Of a stretch of 54,624 bases of DNA, positions 19,354 through 28,612 are shown in pieces. The position numbers and the translations under genes are program-made. Location of the stretch: assembly GCA_963626305.1 (NCBI GenBank), contig CAVFWT010000033.1, positions 1-54,624 on the forward strand, in the 5' to 3' direction. The DNA comes from a bacterium (GTDB lineage: Bacteria > Bacillota > Clostridia > Peptostreptococcales > Anaerovoracaceae). The notes under the pieces are model-generated. The model saw only the letters and a program-made list of their open reading frames with translations. It had not been told where the DNA came from and searched no databases. Every line of letters begins with the position of its first letter. Position 1 is the stretch's first letter.

Positions 19354-21840
19354 ATGATTCAACTTGAACACGTTCAGAAATATTTTAACCGCAGGAAAGC
19401 GAACGAAATCCATGTCATCAACGACACCACTCTGGAATTTCCGGAAAGCGGTATTGTCGCATTGCTCGGTCCATCCGGCTGTGGCAAGACGACACTGCTG
19501 AATACCATCGGCGGTCTCGACAAGGTTCATTCGGGTAAAATTATCATCGATGGAGAATCCATTACCCGCCGAAGCAGCAACAAAATCGACGTGATTCGTA
19601 ATGCCAAAATCGGCTACATCTTCCAGAACTACAATCTGCTAGATGACCGTACCGTCTTCGATAACGTTGCCATTTCGCTGCGCATGGTAGGCATCAAAGA
19701 TCGCAGCATAATTGCTCAGCGCGTGAACTACTGCCTCAAGGCGGTAGGAATCTATGCATTCCGAAACCGTACCGCTGATGCATTGTCGGGAGGACAACGT
19801 CAGCGTGTAGCAATTGCTCGTGCGATTGCGAAGAATCCGAGAATCATCATCGCCGATGAGCCGACCGGAAACCTCGACAGCGCGAATACGATTGAGGTAA
19901 TGAATATTATCAAGGCGATTTCGAAAGAACGCCTGGTCATTCTCGTAACGCATGAGACGGAAATTGCCGAATTCTATGCGGACCGAATCATCCGCTTGCG
20001 AGACGGTAAAGTCATCGATGATCAGCGCAATGACACATCGAAACAGCTGGATTACCAGCTGGAGAACAAGATTTACCTCAAGGATATGGCGCACGGCGTA
20101 CGTTTTAAGCACGAAGGCGTTACGTTGGATTTTTATCAGGATAAGGAACGGGATAGCCAAATCAAAATCGTGCTGCGCGGTGGAAACCTATACATTAACA
20201 CAGGCGGTATGTATAAAGTCGTGGACGAAACATCGAACATCGAGATGATTGATGACCATTATTCTGCGATGGATTCCACCATTTACGAAGATATTCACTT
20301 TAAGTACGATGAGCACATGCCGGCAGACTTCAAGGCGAAGTACACCTCCGTATACACGGTGTGGAATATGCTTCGGACGGGATTCCAGAGCGTTCGAAAA
20401 TTCGGTAAGCTAAAGAAATTGCTGCTTGCCGGATTCTTCTTCGCGGCGATGTTTACTTTTATCGCGGTCAGCAATATCTTTGGAATTCTGGATATTCAGG
20501 AGAAGGACTTCCTCACGACGAATAGCCATTACATCACGGTGGCAAATGCGAAACACGATGAATCGATGCTCAAGAAGATTCGAAATATGGATGGGGTCGA
20601 TTACGTCGTGCCGGGAAATACGCGGATTGTCGTCTATTTGCCACTGGATGATTATTACCAGACATCCCAGGCGATTACGAAGCTGACAGGGTCTATTACC
20701 CACGCAGAAGAATTGACGAAGAGCGATTTGGTGAAGGGGCGGCTTCCGAAGAGTGATCACGAAATTGTCGTGGATCGCATGATTCTAGACAAATACATTT
20801 CTGCGGGTGCGGGTAAAATCGTCGGACTGAATACGCTCGGTGGATTCTTAGACCGTAAAGTGCGAATTAAGAACTTGTCTGATTATACGATTGTCGGTGT
20901 GTCGGATACAGGTTCGCCATCGATTTTCTTTAAGACGAATCAGACGATTGATGTGCTTGCAAACGCGGAGAAGGGAACAGACGATACGGCGACGGATTAT
21001 TCCACGTATAACGTAGGAGATGACTTTTCAGCTTTGACAGAAGGCGATGAATCGGAGACGGATGAAAACACGGTGGTAAATTACAGCCTGCGTTCGTCCG
21101 GACTCAAGATTAAGAAGGGCCATGCGCCGACAGATACCTATGAGGTAATCGTGAACAACTCCCACAATGGAGAAGATGGATATACGCTTGGTAAAACCAT
21201 TTCGAAGAAAGTCAATGGACATAAGCTGAAGCTTGTCGGTTTCTACACATCTGACTACCAAACCGATTATTACTACGTCAGCCGTGATACGCTGCGTCAG
21301 AATTATATCGCACAGCAGAAAGAGTGCTCCGTCTATGCGACGGATACTTATGCAGCACTGACTTCGCTTCAGGATGCGGGATATTCTGCGAAAATCAACT
21401 ACGAACGGGATCGCTCGAGTTACGTCAAGTCGCACTGGGATAGCCTCAAATCCAGCATGATTGTGGCCGGCATCCTATTGCTCGTGTCTTTAGTTGAAAT
21501 CTTCTTGATGCTGAGATCGTCATTCTTATCCAGAATCAAGGAAGTCGGAACGATGCGTGCGATTGGACTGAAGAAGAAAGATATCTATCGCATGTTCACC
21601 GGCGAAATTCTTGTCATCACTGCGATGACCGCGATTCCGGGGATCGGTGTATCCTATTACATTCTGTACAATCTGGTGAAGAGTATCTCGACACTTCAGG
21701 ATCAATATTTGGTCAACCCAGGGGTTGCACTGGCAACATTTGTCGGACTACTGCTGATTAACTTAATCGCCGGACTTTTTCCGGTATTCCGCACGATGCG
21801 AAAGACCCCGGCGGAGATTCTGTCGAGAACGGATATTTAA
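19354..21840 (+). CDS. ABC transporter ATPase-permease fusion (MacB/FtsX-like)
   Basis: GPSGCGKTT, LSGGQRQR and DEPTGNLD motifs; FtsX-like RIKEVGTMRAIG; ends KTPAEIL. Confidence 0.9.
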   Translation: MIQLEHVQKYFNRRKANEIHVINDTTLEFPESGIVALLGPSGCGKTTLLNTIGGLDKVHSGKIIIDGESITRRSSNKIDVIRNAKIGYIFQNYNLLDDRTVFDNVAISLRMVGIKDRSIIAQRVNYCLKAVGIYAFRNRTADALSGGQRQRVAIARAIAKNPRIIIADEPTGNLDSANTIEVMNIIKAISKERLVILVTHETEIAEFYADRIIRLRDGKVIDDQRNDTSKQLDYQLENKIYLKDMAHGVRFKHEGVTLDFYQDKERDSQIKIVLRGGNLYINTGGMYKVVDETSNIEMIDDHYSAMDSTIYEDIHFKYDEHMPADFKAKYTSVYTVWNMLRTGFQSVRKFGKLKKLLLAGFFFAAMFTFIAVSNIFGILDIQEKDFLTTNSHYITVANAKHDESMLKKIRNMDGVDYVVPGNTRIVVYLPLDDYYQTSQAITKLTGSITHAEELTKSDLVKGRLPKSDHEIVVDRMILDKYISAGAGKIVGLNTLGGFLDRKVRIKNLSDYTIVGVSDTGSPSIFFKTNQTIDVLANAEKGTDDTATDYSTYNVGDDFSALTEGDESETDENTVVNYSLRSSGLKIKKGHAPTDTYEVIVNNSHNGEDGYTLGKTISKKVNGHKLKLVGFYTSDYQTDYYYVSRDTLRQNYIAQQKECSVYATDTYAALTSLQDAGYSAKINYERDRSSYVKSHWDSLKSSMIVAGILLLVSLVEIFLMLRSSFLSRIKEVGTMRAIGLKKKDIYRMFTGEILVITAMTAIPGIGVSYYILYNLVKSISTLQDQYLVNPGVALATFVGLLLINLIAGLFPVFRTMRKTPAEILSRTDI

Positions 21841-21940
21841 CCAGCAAGGTATCCGGTTGAATCTGGAATCGAACATCGAAAACGGACGAATATTCTTTTG
21901 AAAATACATGCAAGACGGGCACTCAAACAGCGCCCCTTGT

Positions 21941-21969
21941 TTGTAGAAGCGCTTGCTGTGTGGTATAAT
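21941..21969 (+). promoter_or_regulatory. sigma-A promoter of glnS (extended -10)
   Basis: TTGTAG-17 bp-TATAAT with TGn immediately upstream of the -10. Confidence 0.6.
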
Positions 21970-22002
21970 CAAAGCGATTGTACTAAGAATTTGGAGGCTG
22001 TA

Positions 22003-23661
22003 ATGAGCAACGAAACAACGAACGAATACAAGGAAATGCGTGGAAACTTCATCCACGACATCATTGAAGAGGACCTGAATTCCGGTAAATGGGATCATAT
22101 TGCAACTCGCTTTCCACCGGAACCGAATGGCTATTTGCATATCGGACACGCAAAGTCCCTGTGCCTCAACTTCGGAACGGCTCTCAAATACGGTGGAACT
22201 TGCAATCTCCGCTACGACGACACCAACCCGGTAAAAGAAGATACCGAGTATGTTGACGCCATCGAGGAAGATGTGCACTGGCTCGGTTTCGAATGGAATA
22301 AGCGCCTGTGGGCATCGGATTACTTCGACCAGATGTACGATGCAGCAATTATCCTGATTAAGAAGGGTAAGGCATATGTTTGCAATCTGACTCCGGAGGA
22401 AATCAAAGAATACCGCGGTACACTTACCGAACCGGGCAAGGAGAGCCCATATCGCAATCGTACCGTGGAAGAGAATCTGGACCTGTTCCAGCAGATGAGA
22501 GACGGCAAATTCGGCGATGGTGAAGCCGTGCTTCGTGCGAAAATCGATATGGCGTCGCCGAACATCAACTTGAGAGACCCGATTATTTACCGCGTCGCTC
22601 ATGCAACCCATCATAATACGGGAGACAAGTGGTGCATCTATCCGATGTATGACTTTGCGCATCCGATTGAAGATGCGATTGAAGGAATTACACATTCGAT
22701 TTGTACGCTGGAATTTGAAGACCACCGTCCGCTGTATGATTGGGTGCTTCGCGAAGTTGGTCTTTGGGAGAATCCACCGCGTCAGATTGAATTCGCTCGA
22801 CTGAATATCACCCATACGCTGATGAGTAAGCGTTACCTGAAGAGACTCGTAGACGAGCACCTTGTGGAAGGCTGGGATGACCCAAGAATGCCAACTATTG
22901 CCGGTATTCGCCGCAGAGGTTATACACCGGAAGCTGTTCGTGCGTTCTGCGATGAAATCGGCGTAGCGAAAGCTAACTCCACCGTTGATATTGCACAGCT
23001 GGAGGCGATGGTTCGAGATGATTTGCAGGACCGCGTTCCGGCAATTCACGTGGTAACCAACCCAATCAAGGTGGTTATCACTAACTATCCAGAAGGCAAG
23101 CTCGAAATGTGCCGCGTGGAGAACAACCGCAAGGTTCCGGAATTGGGCGAACGTGAAGTTCCGTTCGGTCGTGAACTATGGATTGACGGAGATGATTTTA
23201 TGGAAGTTCCAGTCAAGAAGTATTTCCGTCTCTTCCCAGGCAACGAAGTTCGTTTCAAGGGGGCATATTACATCACTTGCAACGAAGTGATTAAGAACGA
23301 AGATGGTTCCATCAAAGAACTGCATTGCACTTATGATCCGGATACACAGGGGGGCGATTCGAAGGACGGTCGCAAGGTAAAGGGCACGATTCACTTTGTT
23401 GAAGCCAGCACCGCTGTTCGAATTCGAATCCGCGAGTACGGCTACATGATGCAGGAATCCGAAGACGGATCGCTCGTATTTGACCCAGAATCCATCCAAG
23501 ATACCTGGGGTTATGCCGAACCATCCGTTCAGAACACGAAGCCAGAAGAACGCTTCCAGTTCTTCCGCAAGGGATATTACATTGCGGACCGTGAGCTGAC
23601 CACTGATGATGAGAAAGTATTCAACAGCATCGTTGGTCTGAAGAGTTCTTGGAAGAAATAG
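22003..23661 (+). CDS. glnS: Glutamine--tRNA ligase
   Basis: [39 protein letters not shown] and KVKGTIH motifs. Start placed at ATG 22003 after GGAGG. Confidence 0.96.
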   Translation: MSNETTNEYKEMRGNFIHDIIEEDLNSGKWDHIATRFPPEPNGYLHIGHAKSLCLNFGTALKYGGTCNLRYDDTNPVKEDTEYVDAIEEDVHWLGFEWNKRLWASDYFDQMYDAAIILIKKGKAYVCNLTPEEIKEYRGTLTEPGKESPYRNRTVEENLDLFQQMRDGKFGDGEAVLRAKIDMASPNINLRDPIIYRVAHATHHNTGDKWCIYPMYDFAHPIEDAIEGITHSICTLEFEDHRPLYDWVLREVGLWENPPRQIEFARLNITHTLMSKRYLKRLVDEHLVEGWDDPRMPTIAGIRRRGYTPEAVRAFCDEIGVAKANSTVDIAQLEAMVRDDLQDRVPAIHVVTNPIKVVITNYPEGKLEMCRVENNRKVPELGEREVPFGRELWIDGDDFMEVPVKKYFRLFPGNEVRFKGAYYITCNEVIKNEDGSIKELHCTYDPDTQGGDSKDGRKVKGTIHFVEASTAVRIRIREYGYMMQESEDGSLVFDPESIQDTWGYAEPSVQNTKPEERFQFFRKGYYIADRELTTDDEKVFNSIVGLKSSWKK

Positions 23662-23815
23662 ACCATTTCTAGTTTGGCGATTTTTTCAGCCGAGCGATTT
23701 CCTTAGGAAATTCGCCGAAGTGACACCGTCTCCGAAGCGAACCTGAAAGAAATCCACACGGATTCATCATGGCTGATAGACAATAATGAATGATAAATAA
23801 TTGAGGATAGATATA

Positions 23816-25630
23816 GTGGATACGATCAACAGTATTGTAAATTCAATATTATCTTTCGCAGAATCAAACCCAGTGGTGGCAAAATATATCACCACTGGGC
23901 TTCGTTGGATTTTTGTGCTCCTAGCGATATGGATTCTGCTGATGTGTATTATTTCGCTCCTCTCCACAAGAGCAACGCCAGAAGTCTGGGGATATCTCTA
24001 CGTGGAGAACGGAACGGGAATTCCGATTACGCATTGGGAGAACATCATCGGCCGCTCATCGTCGGTTGATCTTCGCATTAAAAACAAAACCATCTCGAAG
24101 AGCCAAGCGCTCCTGATTCGGCGTTCGGAAGAACGGTGGATGATCAAAGACCTCGGATCCACCAACGGAACGGTGGTGAACGGACGGAGATTGGTTCCGG
24201 GTCGTCGTTACCTGATCGAACCGGGTGACGAAATCTACTTCGGTAAAGTTCGCGCGACGTTGGCATCCATTAGCATCGAAGAAACGCAGAACAATGAAGA
24301 ACTGCGAATGATGGATAAGGAACCGCTGGCACCATGGCCCGCACTCTTTGGAATTACGGCATTCCAGATTCTCACTGTCGTGCAGCTGATTATCGGCATG
24401 GGTACCGATGTCACGGTCACCGCATTGATGTCTATACTGCTCTTAGGTGTTGTGATGTGGGTTTACATCCTTGCTGGCAAAGCGATGGGACGCAAAGGCT
24501 TCGAAATCGAACTGATTGCCTTCTTCATGTCCACCATCAGCATGGCGATTACAGCATCGTCAGAACCGAGTCGCTGTGTATCTCAGCTCATTGCGATTGT
24601 CATCGGACTGGTGCTGTTCTTCGCGATATGCCTATTCCTGCGCGACTTGGAACGCACGAAGAAAATCCGTCCGATTCTGGCAGGAATCTCGGTACTGCTG
24701 TTTCTGTTCAATCTTGTTTTTGGCCGAAATAAATTCGGGGCAGCCAACTGGTTATACATTGGAAGTTTCGGATTCCAGCCTTCCGAACTGGTCAAAATTG
24801 TCTTTGTCCTGGTCGGAGCAGCAACGCTGGAGGAACTCTTCGAGAAGAAGAACTTGATGCTCTATGTTATCTTCTCCTTCTACTGCCTCGGATGCCTGGC
24901 GGTGATGGGAGACTTCGGTACTGCACTCATTTTTTTCGTCACCTTCGTTGTGGTTTCGTTCCTTCGAAGCGGTGACTTGTCTCGATTAATTCTGACGGGC
25001 GTGAGTGCCGGCCTCCTGGGGCTGCTCGCGCTTCGTTTTATCTCCTACATTGCGAACCGATTTGCAATCTGGGGACACGTGTGGGACGATCCGGCGGGTG
25101 CGGGTTATCAGCAAGTTCGAACCATGTGTTACAGTGCGAGCGGTGGATTGCTCGGCTTAGGTGCCGGTAATGGTTCACTCAAGTATGTTGGTGCCGCGAA
25201 TACGGACTTGGTATTCGGTATGGTGACCGAGGAATGGGGCTTGATTATTGCGCTCCTCCTGATTCTGTGCATCATCACGCTTTGCCTCTTTGCCGTGAAT
25301 TCCATCATGGCAGGACGCTCGACGTTCTATACGATTGGTGCGTGCGGAGCGGCGACGTTCTTTCTGTTCCAGACGATGCTCAACGTCTTCGGATCGGTGG
25401 ATATATTCCCATTGACCGGAGTTACGTTCCCATTCGTGTCCGCAGGTGGCACCAGTATGATGGCGTCGTGGGCGATTCTTGCCTTCTTCAAGGCGGCGGA
25501 TATGCGTAAAGATGCCAGCATTGCAATACGGCGGTCGAAAGTACGAGTGCCGATTCGCAAAGATGATGATGAGAAGGAAGAATATTCAGATGAAGACCTT
25601 TCGGATGACGTGGAAGTTGTATACGAGTAG
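23816..25630 (+). CDS. FHA domain-FtsW/RodA/SpoVE (SEDS) fusion protein
   Basis: N-terminal TM, FHA domain (IIGR...DLGSTNGT), SEDS motifs FQPSELVK, DFGTA, NTDLVF and PLTGVTFPFVSAGGTS. Likely GTG start at 23816 (alternative TTG 23801). Confidence 0.9.
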   Translation: MDTINSIVNSILSFAESNPVVAKYITTGLRWIFVLLAIWILLMCIISLLSTRATPEVWGYLYVENGTGIPITHWENIIGRSSSVDLRIKNKTISKSQALLIRRSEERWMIKDLGSTNGTVVNGRRLVPGRRYLIEPGDEIYFGKVRATLASISIEETQNNEELRMMDKEPLAPWPALFGITAFQILTVVQLIIGMGTDVTVTALMSILLLGVVMWVYILAGKAMGRKGFEIELIAFFMSTISMAITASSEPSRCVSQLIAIVIGLVLFFAICLFLRDLERTKKIRPILAGISVLLFLFNLVFGRNKFGAANWLYIGSFGFQPSELVKIVFVLVGAATLEELFEKKNLMLYVIFSFYCLGCLAVMGDFGTALIFFVTFVVVSFLRSGDLSRLILTGVSAGLLGLLALRFISYIANRFAIWGHVWDDPAGAGYQQVRTMCYSASGGLLGLGAGNGSLKYVGAANTDLVFGMVTEEWGLIIALLLILCIITLCLFAVNSIMAGRSTFYTIGACGAATFFLFQTMLNVFGSVDIFPLTGVTFPFVSAGGTSMMASWAILAFFKAADMRKDASIAIRRSKVRVPIRKDDDEKEEYSDEDLSDDVEVVYE

Positions 25631-25676
25631 CGTGTTTCTGCGATGCAAATCCGGAGAAAGAGAAGAGGTTTAATCT

Positions 25677-27035
25677 ATGCGTAAAGTAGAACGGCGAGCT
25701 ACCATCTGTCTGCTCTTGGCCGCGGTGCTTTTTCTAGGCACTGCGTTCTACGTGTGGCGATTTGTCACGAAGGGAAAGACGTGGGCGAGCTTCTATGGAA
25801 ATCAACAAATATATACTGACGGAAAACTGAACCGAGGAATCATCTACGACCGAAACGGAACGCAGCTTCTGAAATGTGACAAAGACGGCACGCACTATTC
25901 GGATGATTATGAGCTCCGTTTGGCGACGGTGCATGCGGTCGGCGATTCCGCCGGAAATGTATCGACGGGTGCTATCAATATGTGGAGCTCCGAGCTAATC
26001 GGATACGATTTGCTGAACGGTACGTACGATACGACATCGGACGGAAAGAAAATCACATTGACTATCGATGCAGAGGCGAATCGAACAGCGTACGAATACC
26101 TTTCTGGGAAGACCGGAACTGTCGGGGTGTACAACTACGAGACCGGAGAGATTCTCTGCATGGTGAGTACACCGACATTCGATCCGAATGAAAGCCAGTC
26201 TTCGAATGAGAACACGGGCGAGACGGGCTCAGTATACTTCAACAATTTTCTGCAGGGTGCCATGACACCGGGTTCGACATTCAAGCTGGTGACCGCTGCG
26301 GCGGCAATCGATTCCCTGTCGGATGTAGACAGTTTTAGTTTTACCTGTGATGGAACGAATGAATACAATGGTGAGAAAATAACTTGTACTTCGGCACATG
26401 GAACCGTGGATTTCGAGGATGCGCTTGCAGTATCTTGCAACGGTGCGTTTGGTAAGCTGGCGAGAAAAGTAGGTGCGACCAATCTGGCGACTACGGCAAA
26501 GAAAGTCGGATTGACGAGTTCCGTCAACGTAGATGGAATCAAGACGAAGAAGGGCTCCTTCACCTTCTCATCGGATAACGACATCAATCTGAGCTGGGCA
26601 GGAATCGGCCAGTACAAGGATCAAGTGAACCCTTGTGCGATGATGGTATACATGGGTGCTATCGCGAACGGTGGGGAAGCCATTCAGCCGAGACTCTTGA
26701 AGTCATCGACGTTCTTGAATATCGGTTCTTCGGGAAAATCGCTGGGTGAATACCTCAGCACGAGTACGGCGAAGAAGCTCAAATCCATGATGAAAAACAA
26801 CGTCAAGACGACATATGGCGAATACAACTATTCTGGACTCGATATTTACGCGAAGTCCGGAACGGCTGAAACCGGAAGTGGCGAAGATTCTTGGTTTGTT
26901 GGATTCATCGACAACGATAATTACCCACTGGCATTCGTTGTCTGGGTAAAGGACGGCGGTACAGGATATGCTACTGGTGGACCAATTGCCAACGCGGTAT
27001 TGAACAAGATTATTAGCGATGGGGATTCGGAATAA
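25677..27035 (+). CDS. Class B penicillin-binding transpeptidase (PbpA-like)
   Basis: N-terminal anchor; GSTFK (SxxK), SCN (SxN) and KSGTAE motifs; directly follows the SEDS gene. Confidence 0.9.
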   Translation: MRKVERRATICLLLAAVLFLGTAFYVWRFVTKGKTWASFYGNQQIYTDGKLNRGIIYDRNGTQLLKCDKDGTHYSDDYELRLATVHAVGDSAGNVSTGAINMWSSELIGYDLLNGTYDTTSDGKKITLTIDAEANRTAYEYLSGKTGTVGVYNYETGEILCMVSTPTFDPNESQSSNENTGETGSVYFNNFLQGAMTPGSTFKLVTAAAAIDSLSDVDSFSFTCDGTNEYNGEKITCTSAHGTVDFEDALAVSCNGAFGKLARKVGATNLATTAKKVGLTSSVNVDGIKTKKGSFTFSSDNDINLSWAGIGQYKDQVNPCAMMVYMGAIANGGEAIQPRLLKSSTFLNIGSSGKSLGEYLSTSTAKKLKSMMKNNVKTTYGEYNYSGLDIYAKSGTAETGSGEDSWFVGFIDNDNYPLAFVVWVKDGGTGYATGGPIANAVLNKIISDGDSE

Positions 27036-27066
27036 AAATAAAGATTTGAAGTAGCGTGTTGAAATT

Positions 27067-27155
27067 AAAAAAGGCGGACTGTCTGATTGGACAGCCCGTC
27101 TTTTCGTATCTTTTGCTTAAAAGAAAAGCCCTGTGTTACATGCAGGGCCTTTTTT
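27067..27155. terminator. Two tandem terminator hairpins between convergent genes
   Basis: aaaaggcggactgtc...gacagcccgtctttt (27067-27104) and aaaagccctg...cagggcctttttt (27124-27155). Confidence 0.75.
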
Positions 27156-27175
27156 AATCATCGGTTGTTCTGCAG

Positions 27176-28150
27176 CTAATCGGCGATAATTACCGGTGTT
27201 CCGACACTCACCTTGCGGTAGAGTTCACCGGCTGCTGATACTGGCATGTTGACGCATCCATGGGATCCGCTGTATTGATAGATGCTGCCGCCGAATACGC
27301 TGCGCCATTCTGCACTGTGAAGGCCAAATTCACCGCCGATGAATGCCATCCAGTAGTTGACCTTGACGTCGAAGTCTTCGCCTTTGAGTCTGGTTCCGGT
27401 ACTCATAGAATTGATGAAGTACGTTCCTTTTGGCGTGTCATGGGAACCTTTCGTTCCGGTGACCACAGGTGTGGACATGTTGACTTTGCCATTCACGAAA
27501 TAGGTCAGTGTCTGCTTGGAAATGCTGACGAAGACGTAAGTGCCTTTCGCGCCGTACTTTGGATTCTGCACGTGGAATGTCGCTTTGGCTTCACTGACAT
27601 TGCCCACCTTGTCTGTTGCTTTTGCGTGGATGACATAATCGCCCGCTTTTTTCATGGAGATTTTGTCATGTGTAAGCTGAATAGTGACTTTGCCGGAATT
27701 ATCCCTCGCTTGGAACATGCTCTGAAGAAGTTCTTCGAGTTCTTCGTCCGTGTATTCTGTGCCATTGAAGGTGTAGACATCTTTGGCTTTCGTGAATTTC
27801 GGAGCTTCGCAGTCGCGAACCGTGACTGTATACCTACGATAGACTTGATTGTTGTAATAGATGGTAAGCGAATAATTCCCTGGTTTGTCATATTTCTTGC
27901 CTGCAACCTTCTTTCCGTGGTAAACGACAGAAGTGTGCTTTCGAACGTAGTCTTGATCCTCTTTGGAGAGCACGTCCATGTTAATGTATTCTTCAATTTC
28001 GGTAGAAACTACAGATTTGTAGTTGATTGTAATGTTGCTATGAGCGTATTTCTGATTCAGTTCCAAGATGGGCGAGCATCCGGAAAGACTCAAAATCGCA
28101 ATTACGCATAAAAAAATAAGGCCTATTGCCCGATAAATCGACTTGCGCAT
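27176..28150 (-). CDS. L,D-transpeptidase family lipoprotein with Ig-like domains
   Basis: LSGC lipobox; D..AP and ATD..GN Ig-like motifs; VVTG...TPKG and GLHSAEWR...SHGCVN YkuD motifs. Confidence 0.9.
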   Translation of the reverse strand: MRKSIYRAIGLIFLCVIAILSLSGCSPILELNQKYAHSNITINYKSVVSTEIEEYINMDVLSKEDQDYVRKHTSVVYHGKKVAGKKYDKPGNYSLTIYYNNQVYRRYTVTVRDCEAPKFTKAKDVYTFNGTEYTDEELEELLQSMFQARDNSGKVTIQLTHDKISMKKAGDYVIHAKATDKVGNVSEAKATFHVQNPKYGAKGTYVFVSISKQTLTYFVNGKVNMSTPVVTGTKGSHDTPKGTYFINSMSTGTRLKGEDFDVKVNYWMAFIGGEFGLHSAEWRSVFGGSIYQYSGSHGCVNMPVSAAGELYRKVSVGTPVIIAD

Positions 28151-28259
28151 ACGTTCCCTCCGTTCAAGGCATTATACATGATACTTTTAAAATATACAAT
28201 AAAAGAAATAGGAGCACTCTGTTATTTTGTAGATTATAACAAAAAATACAAAGATAATA

Positions 28260-28287
28260 TTGACATAATGTAAAATTCTTATATAAT
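28260..28287 (+). promoter_or_regulatory. sigma-A promoter upstream of lysine riboswitch
   Basis: TTGACA-16 bp-TATAAT. Confidence 0.7.
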
Positions 28288-28317
28288 AAATTAAGTCAAC
28301 TGAATAAAACCTGATTC

Positions 28318-28473
28318 GATAGAGGTTGCGGAAATCAAGAGTACTGAATTGCGAACGCAGAGGATGCGGTAATTCGAGAAAGGGAAATCCGCCGAAGGCT
28401 GAAGCCATCCTACAGCGGAAGCCTGGGCCATCGCAGAATATGCGATGGACTGTCACATAAGTGGAGCGCTATC
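28318..28473 (+). ncRNA. Lysine riboswitch aptamer
   Basis: gatagAGGTTGCG...AAGAGTA...GAAAGGG...CGCCGAAG...CTGTC-ACataaGTG-GAGCGctatc. P1 gatag/ctatc, kissing loops aggatg/catcct, P4 ccatcgca/tgcgatgg. Confidence 0.93.
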
Positions 28474-28513
28474 AATGGTGATATTTGCATTGCAAATGTT
28501 TATATGAGTACAT

Positions 28514-28555
28514 GCCATGGATACGTTTCAGACGTTATTCAGGGCTTTTTTATTT
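28514..28555 (+). terminator. Riboswitch expression-platform terminator
   Basis: Imperfect stem gccatggatacgtt/gacgttattcagggc followed by a T7 tract, upstream of the transporter RBS. Confidence 0.65.
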
Positions 28556-28612
28556 ACTACGAAACGGGCGTATTGGAGGGGATGCGCCAGAAAAGAACAA
28601 TAGGAGGTTCAA

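Noticed and set aside
21763..23049. 428-aa minus-strand ORF
   Set aside because: Antisense shadow of glnS with no recognisable motifs; expected from codon bias.
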